Below the pieces are notes generated by a model. The model had not been told where the DNA came from. It made no database searches and saw nothing but the letters and a program-made list of their open reading frames with translations. From NCBI GenBank assembly GCA_044356455.1, contig JBIKWF010000061.1, positions 1-24,861 of the forward strand: a DNA stretch of 24,861 nucleotides, written 5' to 3'. A program made the translations under genes and the position numbers. How positions within the stretch are numbered: position 1 is the stretch's first letter; each line of letters begins with the position of its first letter. Below are positions 1 to 10,136 of this stretch, piece by piece. This DNA is from Bdellovibrionota bacterium. GTDB lineage: Bacteria; Bdellovibrionota_C; UBA2361; JBGSMV01.

Positions 1-619
1 CCAACCTCACAATTCTCGGCCAGTTTTTTCGTCTATCAAATCTGCCGATGCTTACTGCTACAAAAGCAGTTTCATCAATTCCTAGATCCTGTCTCAGCGA
101 ATGACGATTCTGTGATGGCCGAAAAAAATTGATATCGATCGGGTTGTAAATGACTTCATGGACTTGAATTCTGTTCTTTCTCAACCATGTAGCTTGGTGA
201 TGTGAAACTGCTATATTCCTTCTCCCAAAACTCGATAGCTTTTCTAAGTTGTTATTAACAAGACTGAGTTTCCAATAGTTGAGATTCCATGGCGAGTACG
301 CCTTACTCACATATTCATAAATATTATTGTGAAAAATCGTAATGCCAGGGCCCGGACAGAGCCCAGCCGGAGCATGTACGATGAAGATTTCGAATTTATA
401 TTTATTGAGAAACGCAAAAAGATCTATTCTCAATGTCTGCCATAATTCACCCAAGGCTGCCCAGAGTAATCGATTCTTCTGCCAATTCTTAAGAGGAAAT
501 GAAATTTCACAGACTTCCGCGCCGGCGTCTTGAACTACCTTGGAGAGGTAGCTCGCAACTTTCTGCAATCCCCCAGGTGTTTTTGAGGGATGAAGTAGTA
601 TGTTCGCTACTTTTTTCAT
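1..619 (-). CDS. Glycosyltransferase family 4 (GT-B fold), 5' part; runs off the window start
   Basis: Not in the ORF track. Manual translation from the ATG at 619 is open to base 1: MKKVANILLHPSKTPGGLQKVASYL...IAVSHHQA...VIYNPIDINFFRP...LGIDETAFVAVSIGRFDRRKNW. The GG-x-Q, AVS, I-x-N-P-I-D and GR-x-x-x-x-K motifs are typical of GT4. Confidence 0.85.
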   Translation of the reverse strand, partial: MKKVANILLHPSKTPGGLQKVASYLSKVVQDAGAEVCEISFPLKNWQKNRLLWAALGELWQTLRIDLFAFLNKYKFEIFIVHAPAGLCPGPGITIFHNNIYEYVSKAYSPWNLNYWKLSLVNNNLEKLSSFGRRNIAVSHHQATWLRKNRIQVHEVIYNPIDINFFRPSQNRHSLRQDLGIDETAFVAVSIGRFDRRKNWPRIVRL

Positions 620-626
620 AAAAGAA

Positions 627-2117
627 TCAAGGATTGCTCTGGCAGTCAGCGCTATAGCGTAAAACTAAGATATAGGAATTCTGCTTTGCTGCAAATCGAC
701 CAATCTCTTTTGTCTCCAAAATGATTTTAGGCGCGAGCTGAGGCATTTTTTCTATTTCATCGTACAGTCTTCCGTTGTGTGGCTGAACCACGAGTATGCC
801 GCTCTGAGAGCGAGAACATAAAAATTCAAAGAGCCTATTCCCATCGATGGAATAATTTTTTGCCCCTGACGTGACGAATACCTGGCTAAACGGAATATTC
901 GAATGCAAGGCTAGATAGTAGGATTCCGCCCATCCCAAAAAATCTAGAGCTAGGTTTTCGTTGAGCCTCATATTCGAATTTATTTTATCGCGAATTTCCA
1001 ATAGATGGTTATCAAGTTGAGGAATTGGGCTGATCGGGTAGGAAATAAATCTCTGATCATCGATTAAAAATGACAGGGGAACCATGCTTAGTAAAACGCC
1101 AATTCTTGCGAATCGCCGAATCTTATCAGGTAATAAGTTCATAGAAAGCTCTGCAAAAGGAAGTAGCAGGACACCTAGCGTCAGAGAGTAGGCGGGCCTC
1201 CAAGAAAGTGAGCCGTTAATTGTATTTATTAGTAACACGATCCATAAGATTAAAGCGGGAAAGCTCCAAACTCGCTGCGGAAGTTTTTCTCGAAAAGCGC
1301 GATATGTTCCCACTAGAGTCGCCAGGGAGAGAAGTGGAGTAAGGCCCCAAAGAGTTATTGAGGGATTCGTTACTGCTCTTTGAAGTAATATTTCTGGTGA
1401 AAGGTGCTGATTTCTCCCCTCGTGAATTAGCTCCCATTCGGCAGAGCCATGAGCACTGCTGAGAGGGTCACCGGTGGTAATATAGCAACTAATCACCCAG
1501 TATAATGGAAAGAGAGCTCCCACACTTAGAAAGATCAGCGCAGATTTTGGGAATCGTTTTAGAAAAATTGCGTACAGTGGTATAAGAACCCAGGACTCGA
1601 ATCGGATTCCTGCGCTTATAGTGAGGCAGAGCCCAGAAAACGCAGAATTTCGGGCCTGGTTTATATTTGCCCGAGCCTTGGAAAGAAAGAATAGACCCAG
1701 AAGAATAAAGAAAAGAAAGGGGGGCTGCGAGAGCGCCACGAAACTATTTCGAATCGCTGGTGGGTAGAGCAAATAACAGAGGAGAGCGAAAAGTCCCGCA
1801 CGATCCCCAAATTCGCGCTTAGAGAAATAGAATAAAGCCAGTCCCCCAAGTGTTGAAAACAAAATGTTTATGACCGCGGGAGCAACGATGCGATCTCCCG
1901 TCAATCCTAAGATGGCGGACAGTAAGTAAAAATGCAAAGGTCCCCATGTGCCATTTGATATTATATGTGGGTTGTGTAGCCAATCTTCCGCTATCATAAG
2001 GCGGGTTACAGCGTCTCCATCGTCCGTCATTGTATGCGGGAGGAATGCAATCCTTGGAAGGATGCCCAGGAGAATGGTAATTATTAGAGGATTAGAAAAG
2101 TTTTTTGGCTTGCCCAT
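627..2117 (-). CDS. Multi-TM GT-C glycosyltransferase (ArnT/PMT-like, GT39/GT83 type)
   Basis: Many hydrophobic helices, an acidic DDGD loop after TM1, WGPLHFYL and RFE motifs. Start placed at ATG 2117 (MGKPKNF) because the longer ORF overlaps the divergent gene at 2168. Confidence 0.75.
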   Translation of the reverse strand: MGKPKNFSNPLIITILLGILPRIAFLPHTMTDDGDAVTRLMIAEDWLHNPHIISNGTWGPLHFYLLSAILGLTGDRIVAPAVINILFSTLGGLALFYFSKREFGDRAGLFALLCYLLYPPAIRNSFVALSQPPFLFFILLGLFFLSKARANINQARNSAFSGLCLTISAGIRFESWVLIPLYAIFLKRFPKSALIFLSVGALFPLYWVISCYITTGDPLSSAHGSAEWELIHEGRNQHLSPEILLQRAVTNPSITLWGLTPLLSLATLVGTYRAFREKLPQRVWSFPALILWIVLLINTINGSLSWRPAYSLTLGVLLLPFAELSMNLLPDKIRRFARIGVLLSMVPLSFLIDDQRFISYPISPIPQLDNHLLEIRDKINSNMRLNENLALDFLGWAESYYLALHSNIPFSQVFVTSGAKNYSIDGNRLFEFLCSRSQSGILVVQPHNGRLYDEIEKMPQLAPKIILETKEIGRFAAKQNSYILVLRYSADCQSNP

Positions 2118-2167
2118 GAGATTACTTCTCACCGAACCATCAGAGAGTTGTTGAGTCAAGGTCTTAT

Positions 2168-3307
2168 ATGGCAAAGCTAAGAGTTCTTTTGGTAGACCTT
2201 TGGGAGGGACCGGGACACGCCTATTATACGGGGCCATTGGTCTCGGCCCTTGCAGATAGTAACGAGGTAACTCTCGGCCTGCTATGCAATGCCTCGCAAG
2301 ACATGAGTTGTTTTCGGGGAAATTTCGAGAAAATTCCAGTGAGTGCCCCGTTGCAATTGAATCTAGCGCAATTGTTGCGGGTGGTGTCGCAGCCCGCCGA
2401 ACTAATCTATGCGCTTAGGAGAATTAAGGAATTTTCTCCGGATGTCATACATTTTGTTTTTTCTTACCCTTGGTTTAGTTTGCTGATGCCGGTTCTTTCT
2501 CGCTCTTACAGGATTCTTTCTACTCTTCACGATATCACGCCTCATCCTGGTGAGCGCTCAATGCGTAACTGGCTTGGTATTTATTCGTCGGTAAGATACT
2601 CAGATAAGGTATTCATCCATGGCCCAACTTCTTGTGGTGAGGCCGAAAAGTTATATCCAGCCCACAGGGAGAAGTATGTTTCTATTCCACATGGGAATTT
2701 TAATTTTTTGGTAGAAGGAGTGGCAACTAACTCTTTGCGTGGGAAAAGCCAACCCACCTTCCTGTTCTTTGGTCGGATTCTTCCATACAAAGGCTTGCCG
2801 ATTGCACTTTCTGCATTCGCTAAAGTGTATGCGGAGTGCCCTCAAAGTCGTCTTGTGATCGCCGGTGCAGGCGATATTCCACAGAAAATGGTAAGAGAGC
2901 TGGAGTTTCTAGGTGCGATTGAGGTGCGAAATTATCGGTTGAGTATCGAAGAATTAGCTGAATTACTCAACTCAGCAACCGCAGTATTGGCCCCCTATAT
3001 TCACGCAAGCGGTTCCGGGGTTGTTGCAACATCGTACGCGTTTTCATGCCCTGTAATTGCCTCCAATATTGGGGGGTTGCGTGACATGGTTATCCCTGGT
3101 GAGACGGGCATTTTGGTTGAGCCTAATGATGTTAGCAGTCTCGTCGAAGCTATGCTGTTTGCAATACATAATTCTCAAATAATGAAGAGGCTGGGGAATC
3201 GTGCAAGAGAATATGCTGCTGATAGTTGGGGGTGGGGGGAAATTGCGAAAAGTCATATCGAGGTATATCTAGAGACGTGTGGAGGTGTTTCTCTCCACAA
3301 AATCTGA
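2168..3307 (+). CDS. Glycosyltransferase family 4
   Basis: TLHDITPH, IPHG, LFFGRILPYKGL, APYIHASGSGV and PVIASNIGGL motifs. Confidence 0.9.
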   Translation: MAKLRVLLVDLWEGPGHAYYTGPLVSALADSNEVTLGLLCNASQDMSCFRGNFEKIPVSAPLQLNLAQLLRVVSQPAELIYALRRIKEFSPDVIHFVFSYPWFSLLMPVLSRSYRILSTLHDITPHPGERSMRNWLGIYSSVRYSDKVFIHGPTSCGEAEKLYPAHREKYVSIPHGNFNFLVEGVATNSLRGKSQPTFLFFGRILPYKGLPIALSAFAKVYAECPQSRLVIAGAGDIPQKMVRELEFLGAIEVRNYRLSIEELAELLNSATAVLAPYIHASGSGVVATSYAFSCPVIASNIGGLRDMVIPGETGILVEPNDVSSLVEAMLFAIHNSQIMKRLGNRAREYAADSWGWGEIAKSHIEVYLETCGGVSLHKI

Positions 3308-3310
3308 TTT

Positions 3311-3540
3311 GGGAAGGATCTTCGGTTCTCCATCTGAGAGAGAACCGAGATGTGACAAATCGCGATTTGCAACGAGCCTCGTTTGCAGTCCTTCCTTGTG
3401 GGCGTATTCCTAGAGGTCTTTGCTTCCAATCTTAAAGGAGGAATGGACTTAACCCGAGCCTACGAGCCGTCATCGCCGATCTTGGTTAAGCGCGTTCTAA
3501 CGCTGGCGTAATGTTTCTCTTGGTGACTCCGGCTCAGAGA
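3311..3540. repeat. Cluster of hairpins between convergent genes (possible terminator or degenerate REP/MITE)
   Basis: Pairings seen: TCGGTTCTC/GAGAACCGA, CAAATC/GATTTG, an outer GGAAGGA/TCCTTCC, ATTCCT/AGGAAT and CTTAACC/GGTTAAG. Confidence 0.45.
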
Positions 3541-3553
3541 TTAGCGCGTACTG

Positions 3554-4540
3554 CTACCGGGAGACTTTTGCTTGTTCGATTGTTTTTTGGATTTGTCGAG
3601 AGATTCTTCTCGGGAGAATGAGTAATAAGAGCGCAAGGTAAATCCTTCGCGATAAAAAAATCTTTGGGCAACGCCACGAGATTCGCACCAGACCAAAGAA
3701 AGCGGAAGACCTCTGGGGCTTTTGCCACCGGCCTGAGATTTTGGGAAGTATGTTCCAGCAAAGTGCACATTCAGCCTGAACAAGGCTAGCGCTCAAGCCT
3801 TCCACTTCGTTCGCATATCGTAGGGTGACCTGAGCTTGTTCAGTTGCCCAGCACTCGGCTTCGAGCACGGTTTTCGAGTTTGGCTGAAGGCGAAAGGAGG
3901 CGATCGCACTCTCTAAATAGCTTACGGGGGCAGTCCTCAGAATCCGGCACATAAGGTCACGATCGAACGTATAGCGAAGAGTTTGGTCGATAGGGCCCAC
4001 TCGCGTAAGCAAATCCAGCGGCAAAAAAGTCCCAGGTTGCACCCAGTTCATTCTGCCGCCCTCCCAAATTCGAATCATATTCTCAAGGGTCACTCCTCTG
4101 TGCTTGATGTAGGTGCTGCCGCCATTGATGGAGTCTAGGATTAAAGTATCGCCAACTAGAACATGTCCTGGATGCTGCCTCCAGGCCTCCGCAATTGTTG
4201 TGAGAGCTCCCGGAAGGAGTAAATCGTCGCTGTTAATCCAGTTGAAAATTTGCCCGCTGCAGTGCCTAAGTCCCTTATTGATGGCGTGAGCTTGTCCCTC
4301 GTCGGGCTCACTTACCCAAAACTTCAAAGAGTCAGAGTATTTTTCGAGAATCTCGCAACTCCCGTCAGTGGAGCCTCCATCAATTACGATATGCTCAACG
4401 AACTTATAGTCTTGGTCTCTTATCGAGAGGATTGTTTCTTCAAGAAATTTCGCCTGATTGAAAGATGGAGTAACTAATGAAATGAGGGGCCAGTTGTCGG
4501 GCGGCATTGGTATAGTTTCTTTTGGGTCGTGTATTCTCAT
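3554..4540 (-). CDS. Glycosyltransferase family 2 (GT-A fold)
   Basis: ISLVTPSFNQAKFLEETILSI, IDGGSTDGS, SEPDEGQAHAINKG and WINSDD motifs. Alternative start ATG at 4507. Confidence 0.92.
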   Translation of the reverse strand: MRIHDPKETIPMPPDNWPLISLVTPSFNQAKFLEETILSIRDQDYKFVEHIVIDGGSTDGSCEILEKYSDSLKFWVSEPDEGQAHAINKGLRHCSGQIFNWINSDDLLLPGALTTIAEAWRQHPGHVLVGDTLILDSINGGSTYIKHRGVTLENMIRIWEGGRMNWVQPGTFLPLDLLTRVGPIDQTLRYTFDRDLMCRILRTAPVSYLESAIASFRLQPNSKTVLEAECWATEQAQVTLRYANEVEGLSASLVQAECALCWNILPKISGRWQKPQRSSAFFGLVRISWRCPKIFLSRRIYLALLLLILPRRISRQIQKTIEQAKVSR

Positions 4541-4549
4541 TTTGCATCC

Positions 4550-5731
4550 TTACCTGGCGGGCCCTTCTCCCCCTACGGTATACGCGGAAACTTCGTGCAG
4601 GGTAGCAAGGATTTTTTTTGCAGCGCTGCTCCAAGAGAAGTCATGAGCTTTTTTACGCGATTGCTCAGAGAAAAGGGGAATAAGGGCACGGTCTCTTTCG
4701 ATCTTCAAGATTGCCTCCGCAATTCCCGCTGATGAGCCGCAATCAACTAAGAAACCATTCAATCCGTCTGCGAGAATTTCCTCTGATCCTCCGCCACGGG
4801 TGAGGATGAGAGGTAGTCCGGCGCCCAATGCTTCAAGGGCGGCAACGCTCATTGATTCTTGAAAAGATGGGAGAACGAAGACATCGTGGCTTGCATAGAT
4901 GTCTCTCATGGACTCGCGGGCGATATAGCCCCGGAAGTCAAGAAGCTCCGAAATATCGAGCTGTCTGCCGAGTTCTTGAAGCTCGCAATCGAGGTCCCCA
5001 CTTCCGACGAGAGTAAGCCGCGTCAAGATACTGGACGCTTTTAGTTGCGCCAGCGCACCGAATAAAAGTCGATGCCCTTTCCTTTCAATGAGACGTGCGA
5101 CACATAAAAGACGCAGCGGCGCCCCTTGGCTAATTAATTTAGGAGATGCGTGGTTTTGCGCGATACATGCGTTGGGGACTATTATCGCGTGTTTCTCTTT
5201 GAATGAGCGCTCCAGTAACTCTGCTTCTGCGTTACACTTGGCGATTATGGCTGAGCTATTTCGCCAGATCCTCCGGAGAATGGGACGAAGTATTGGATAT
5301 AGATAGTCGTATCTCGCCTCAAATCCTGGAATATCCGGTCCCGTTAATCGTACCACGTAGGGAATTCCTCGAAGTCGCTGTAACACGAGAGCAACCAAAC
5401 CAGCCGGGACTGAACTCCAGGCCATGACAATGTTGTAGTTTTGTTCCCGTGTCAGTCGCAGACTCTCGCGAAGTGACTTCCCGGCGTATGTTAGTAAATC
5501 CCTATTTGTTGCGTGGTGGATACAGCCGCCAGCTACAGGTAGGCGAATAACGTTTATGTTGCCCGCAAATTTTTCTTCGATTCGTGAATTCTCGTGGGTC
5601 GAAGTAACTAAATCAATCTCGAGCCCTTCAAGATGGGAGTATTCGCGCAGAATGCATTCCAGCACCGTGGCCATCCCTCCCCCGAGAGGAGGGAACTCGT
5701 TGCTCAGCATTAGAATTCGAAGCACATGCAC
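4550..5731 (-). CDS. Glycosyltransferase family 4
   Basis: EFPPLGGG, VARLIERKG, and FVLPSFQESMSVAALEA (E-x7-E motif). Confidence 0.92.
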   Translation of the reverse strand: MHVLRILMLSNEFPPLGGGMATVLECILREYSHLEGLEIDLVTSTHENSRIEEKFAGNINVIRLPVAGGCIHHATNRDLLTYAGKSLRESLRLTREQNYNIVMAWSSVPAGLVALVLQRLRGIPYVVRLTGPDIPGFEARYDYLYPILRPILRRIWRNSSAIIAKCNAEAELLERSFKEKHAIIVPNACIAQNHASPKLISQGAPLRLLCVARLIERKGHRLLFGALAQLKASSILTRLTLVGSGDLDCELQELGRQLDISELLDFRGYIARESMRDIYASHDVFVLPSFQESMSVAALEALGAGLPLILTRGGGSEEILADGLNGFLVDCGSSAGIAEAILKIERDRALIPLFSEQSRKKAHDFSWSSAAKKILATLHEVSAYTVGGEGPAR

Positions 5732-5742
5732 CTATTCAAGGG

Positions 5743-6810
5743 TTAGGAGCGGCTAATTTTTTTTATGATATAGAGTGGCCGCTTCTTGGACTCATCGAAG
5801 ATTCGCCCTACATACTCTCCTATGAGTCCAACGGTGATAAGCTGTATTCCTGCAAAGAGGCAAAGCAGCACCACTATGGTTGCAAACCCTGGTGGATTGA
5901 GCCCTACCGTAATCCGCTGCAGGAAATACCAGGCTGCGAGAAGGACCGAGCACACTGAAATAGACGCCCCAAGAAGGCTAATGAACCTTATTGGCCTTAC
6001 GCTGAAGGTGATTAGACCGTTTAGAGCCAAACTTACTAATCGGTCCCAGGTATATTTTGACTCGCCATGGCCACGAGCGGCTCTTTCAACAGGGACTCCA
6101 ATTTGCCGAAACCCTACCCAGGCTCGAACGCCCCGCATAAATCGACTTCGCTCTGGCATTTGTTTCATGATGTCGACTACGGGCCTTGTCATCGCCGAGA
6201 AGTCCCCCGCATCAAGAGGGATACGAATCTCGGCAAAGAGCCTGAGGATTCGGTAAAAGATTCGATAGGCGGCCCTTTTTGGAGCGGATTCTTTGCGTTG
6301 TATTCGAGTGGCAAAGGCGACGTCATAACCTTCACGAATCTTTGAAAGGAGCTTGGGAATTTCCTCTGGCGGATCTTGCAGGTCCCCGTCCATGAGGACG
6401 ACGACGCTGCCGCGTGCGATATCAAAACCCGCGCTAATAGCAGCTTGATGTCCAAAATTCCTTGTCAGCTCTAGGATTACCACCTTGGGGTCTCCCTCGA
6501 CCTCCCGACGCAGGACCGAGAGAGAGTCATCTGAGCTCCCATCGTCCACGAATACAATCTCATGGGAGGGGCTAATGCCTTGAAGCGTAGCCTTGAGCCG
6601 TGCGTAGAGTTTGGGAATGATGGCGGACTCATTATAGACGGGGGTCACTACCGACACTTCTGGGAGCGACTCTTGGGGCTCTTGCTTGCTTAGAAGGTGA
6701 GACAGATTTCTGCAAAACTTTAACGCCTCTTCGGGGTCGTCGAGTGGCAGAATCTCAGCGATATGTCTAGGGCAAAACTCTTTCACGGCGAACACCCTAT
6801 CAGAAACCAA
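5743..6810 (-). CDS. GT2 polyprenyl-phosphate glycosyltransferase (GtrB/ArnC/DPM1-like) with two C-terminal TM helices
   Basis: VSVVTPVYNE, FVDDGSSD, RNFGHQAA, MDGDLQDPPE, AGDF, RFMRG and GEYVGRIF..SKKRPLY motifs. The start codon is uncertain: the TTG at 6810 gives a ~50-aa extension. Confidence 0.9.
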   Translation of the reverse strand: MVSDRVFAVKEFCPRHIAEILPLDDPEEALKFCRNLSHLLSKQEPQESLPEVSVVTPVYNESAIIPKLYARLKATLQGISPSHEIVFVDDGSSDDSLSVLRREVEGDPKVVILELTRNFGHQAAISAGFDIARGSVVVLMDGDLQDPPEEIPKLLSKIREGYDVAFATRIQRKESAPKRAAYRIFYRILRLFAEIRIPLDAGDFSAMTRPVVDIMKQMPERSRFMRGVRAWVGFRQIGVPVERAARGHGESKYTWDRLVSLALNGLITFSVRPIRFISLLGASISVCSVLLAAWYFLQRITVGLNPPGFATIVVLLCLFAGIQLITVGLIGEYVGRIFDESKKRPLYIIKKISRS

Positions 6811-6906
6811 GCAGCCCTACTATCTCTCAGAATCATGGAAATGCTGCTCACGCACCTCCTCGAGGAGAAAAGTGTCGCGCTATTTCCCCGGGAATGGCGA
6901 GAGCCT

Positions 6907-8433
6907 CTATTGGGGAGTTCTTAAGCAGATCCGATAGGGCGGATATCCCTTAGAGCAATCAACTTCCCCTGATGCTTCAATTCCCTGAAAAAGCCCCCGA
7001 AATACCACCGAACTCCAATCTCCCAATACAAAGACCTCTGCGGGGCTCTTAAGCGCATTGTAATTGTAGGCGTCGCGGGTAATGCCAGTGAGGTGAGATT
7101 GATCGGGTGGGTACCTGAAGGGTTGGTCAAGGAGGAAATAGAGCTGGGTGTCATAAGTCTCAATTAGGGTATGCGGGGGGAGGTTGTGGTTAAGAAATGC
7201 CGCAGTGTGAAGGAGGGCTGGATTGAGCCCTGAAATTTCTACTAGAAACTTTCCAAGGAGCGCCAGATTGGTAACTCCTAGTACGGTTAGTGAAATAATA
7301 ATTATCTTTTTTACACGCAAGGCAAGGTTACTTCGGCCAAGCCATGCGGCCAAAGGAGCTGCAACGAAGGGAGTACCTAAAATAATAGGGGGGGCTAGGT
7401 ACCTTCTAAAGGGCCGGGCCGCGAGCAGGTACCACAAGAACCAGCTAAGGCAGACCGCATAGAGGAAAAACGATGCATGCGGGTGGGGAAATGAAAGGTG
7501 AAGGCTCTCGCGGACACGCTTTTTCTTCCACCAGGCGGCGACCAGACTCATTCCAACAAGAAAGAGCCAGGCCTCTGCTACTATGTGAACGAATGCTGAA
7601 GCTCTTAAGCCTGGCTCGAAGACAAGTGCAGAAGCTTCAATTATTCCTTCAACACCTGCTCCTTCGAGGTTAAGGGGGGATTGGTAGGGGAGCGGAATGT
7701 TTTGGACGAGGTGGTAAGTATATGAGGTGAGGGCCCAGGTTAGAAGCAGACATGCGCAAGCTTTATAGTCACGAAGTCGAAGTGAATTTAGAGAAGCCGC
7801 GATCAGACCGAAAGTTACGAAGGGAGTAGCTTGGTGTTTCGTCGCGGAGGCGATTCCCAAACAGATGCCGGCGCCGAGTATTGCGAATACAAAGCACACA
7901 AGGTGCTTAGCCCTTTTGCAGGGTTTTTCGTTGTTAGAAGGAATTAAGCATAAGAAAAGCGTTCCAAGGGCGATGAATAAAATGACGGTGGTTTCGCCCC
8001 ATCCCTGGCCACCCAGGGTGCCGGGATGAATCCGCTGGTCCCCGGAAATTCCTAGTAAATATAGGAGTCCAAGGAGGGCCGCGTTTTTGCCAGCGAAGAT
8101 TCGGGTAGTGGCGTAGAGTGCGAAGAGCGCAAGCAGGGTAAGTAATCCCTGAAAGATTCTGCCTTCAACTATGCCGATGCCGAAGAGCTTAAATCCGAGC
8201 GCTGTGGGTGCTATGGTCAGGGTACCCTGGGATAGGCGGGGAGTTGTGAACTGGCCGTCAAATGAGCACCCGAAGTGATTGTGGAGCACCCAGTTCTTTG
8301 CGACGCAAAAGTTCCATCCTTCATCCCACGACACCCCGTTGAGCATGATGCTAGCTGCGAGCACGGTACTATGGATAGCAAGCAGGGCTACAAGAGCTGG
8401 GTAGTGATAGCGTTCGTACCAAGGTGATGTCAT
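6907..8433 (-). CDS. Multi-TM GT-C glycosyltransferase (ArnT/PMT-like)
   Basis: WDEG after TM1, FKLFGIGIVEGR, many TM segments, RRY motif and a soluble C-terminal domain. Confidence 0.75.
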   Translation of the reverse strand: MTSPWYERYHYPALVALLAIHSTVLAASIMLNGVSWDEGWNFCVAKNWVLHNHFGCSFDGQFTTPRLSQGTLTIAPTALGFKLFGIGIVEGRIFQGLLTLLALFALYATTRIFAGKNAALLGLLYLLGISGDQRIHPGTLGGQGWGETTVILFIALGTLFLCLIPSNNEKPCKRAKHLVCFVFAILGAGICLGIASATKHQATPFVTFGLIAASLNSLRLRDYKACACLLLTWALTSYTYHLVQNIPLPYQSPLNLEGAGVEGIIEASALVFEPGLRASAFVHIVAEAWLFLVGMSLVAAWWKKKRVRESLHLSFPHPHASFFLYAVCLSWFLWYLLAARPFRRYLAPPIILGTPFVAAPLAAWLGRSNLALRVKKIIIISLTVLGVTNLALLGKFLVEISGLNPALLHTAAFLNHNLPPHTLIETYDTQLYFLLDQPFRYPPDQSHLTGITRDAYNYNALKSPAEVFVLGDWSSVVFRGLFQGIEASGEVDCSKGYPPYRICLRTPQ

Positions 8434-8630
8434 GGAAGTTGGCTCGAAAATGGCATTGCGTGGGGACTTTAAGTCATCCGAGTAGAAGGGGGGTAGAGGC
8501 GTAAAGTGGAGTTAAGATGTGCGTGGTGCTGGTGGGCGCGTCTGTGACGGAAGGATCCGCGGATTGATTCATGTAATGAAGAGACTTTGCGGCTAACCAT
8601 TCAAAATTGCAGGGCAAATCTAACTTCTGG

Positions 8631-10121
8631 TTAGCGCTGAGCACGAGGGGCTTCCCTCGCTAGAATAACCGCAGAAAGGTCCTCCCCAAAATCGAAACCT
8701 TCTTGGGCCGTAAGGCTAGCAACAGTAGTAAACATCCCAGATTCGGTAAAACATTTGAACACGTCGGCGCTTTCGCTCGTCAGTGCAACCGTTTGTAGAG
8801 ACCTGCTAGTGAAGTAGAAATTTAGTTCATTCAATGCAATTGAGCAGCTTCGAAAGTCTGGAGGCTTATTATAGAAAGCGGAGAGGGAAGGATTGGCAGC
8901 GATTGCTTGGGGACTTCCCATGCGCCAACTTGGAAGATAAACGGCTACCGGTTCTGCGAGATCGTTTCTCCAGGCAAGTTTAGTGTCCGTTCCCTCGACC
9001 CCGATAAGTACGGGCCCTGCTTTTGGCTGGGAATTCAGGAAGCTTGCAATTTCTGCCCCTGATGAATAAGGCGCCTTTAAATCCAAAATGAAAGCGTAAA
9101 CACCGAGCAAGGTTTGGTAGAGTAGCACGAGCGCGGCAAGGTGCCGTAGGCGTCTGGATTTTGCCTCCGCACCATAATATCCCGCGCACAAAAAGAGCGT
9201 AAGAAATAGGAAACAGGCATGCCATCTTTGGCCTGGATAAAAAATCGCTGCTTGCACCAAAACAGGTAGCGCAGTTCCTAGTAACATTAGTCTTCCGCGA
9301 TGGCTCGCGTGGCGAAGAGTGAGGTAGCACATCACTAAGTACAGCGATCCCCCCACTCCTATCAGAAGTGATTGCCCTTCGCTAAAGGTTTGCTGGGTAA
9401 TGAGAAACGGGAGAATGGCCTGAGCTCCAAGAGCGAATGAAAAAAGAGGTCCTCTTCCTTGGTGATTTGAAGCAGGCACATCAGGCAGGAGTGTCCAAAA
9501 GGAGTAGGCAAGAGAGAGCCAGAAAAGAAGCGTGAATATCGCCGCGGGGCGCCGCAAGGAGAGAGGCAAGTGCTCTCGCTCTTCGATGAGAGAGAGTACC
9601 AAAGCGAATAGAACGCCGTAAACATGAAGTTGGCCAATCAAGAACAAGAGTATGATACGGAGCGTAGGGAAACGTCCTTGTTCTCGAAGAAACATGTAGG
9701 CGGCGATAAACCCGTACATGAGGGAATAGCTGCGCAGGAATACTCCTATCTGAAAGAGCGGGAAGAACGAGAAGGGGAGAAGCCACCGAATTGGAGGGCT
9801 CAGTCGAGGGGAGCTTGCAATGCAGTAACAACCAAGCGCTACCGCTCCGGCGTTTATCACTTGCATCAGCGTGAGTCCGCCAAGTGAGTACGCAATCCAC
9901 TGAATGAAGTAGTACCCTATCGGATGGAGGGTGTTTTGCTGAAGCTCGCGAAGTGACGTAAGGTTATGGGCTTCTCGCGCAATAAGCACTACGTGTGCTT
10001 CGTCGCACCAAAACTCGTGGAAGTACTGGCCGAGTAGAGAGAGGAAGAATGTTGCAAGGGCAAGTATAGCCGGTAGGTGCGGTGGATGTTCGCTTAGCTT
10101 GTAAGAGATTGGAGAATTCAT
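8631..10121 (-). CDS. Multi-TM membrane protein, probable GT-C glycosyltransferase
   Basis: HEFWCDEAH..LIAR, HP.GYY and RSYSL motifs followed by multiple TM helices. Confidence 0.65.
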   Translation of the reverse strand: MNSPISYKLSEHPPHLPAILALATFFLSLLGQYFHEFWCDEAHVVLIAREAHNLTSLRELQQNTLHPIGYYFIQWIAYSLGGLTLMQVINAGAVALGCYCIASSPRLSPPIRWLLPFSFFPLFQIGVFLRSYSLMYGFIAAYMFLREQGRFPTLRIILLFLIGQLHVYGVLFALVLSLIEEREHLPLSLRRPAAIFTLLFWLSLAYSFWTLLPDVPASNHQGRGPLFSFALGAQAILPFLITQQTFSEGQSLLIGVGGSLYLVMCYLTLRHASHRGRLMLLGTALPVLVQAAIFYPGQRWHACFLFLTLFLCAGYYGAEAKSRRLRHLAALVLLYQTLLGVYAFILDLKAPYSSGAEIASFLNSQPKAGPVLIGVEGTDTKLAWRNDLAEPVAVYLPSWRMGSPQAIAANPSLSAFYNKPPDFRSCSIALNELNFYFTSRSLQTVALTSESADVFKCFTESGMFTTVASLTAQEGFDFGEDLSAVILAREAPRAQR

Positions 10122-10136
10122 TCTTAATTGCCAAAT

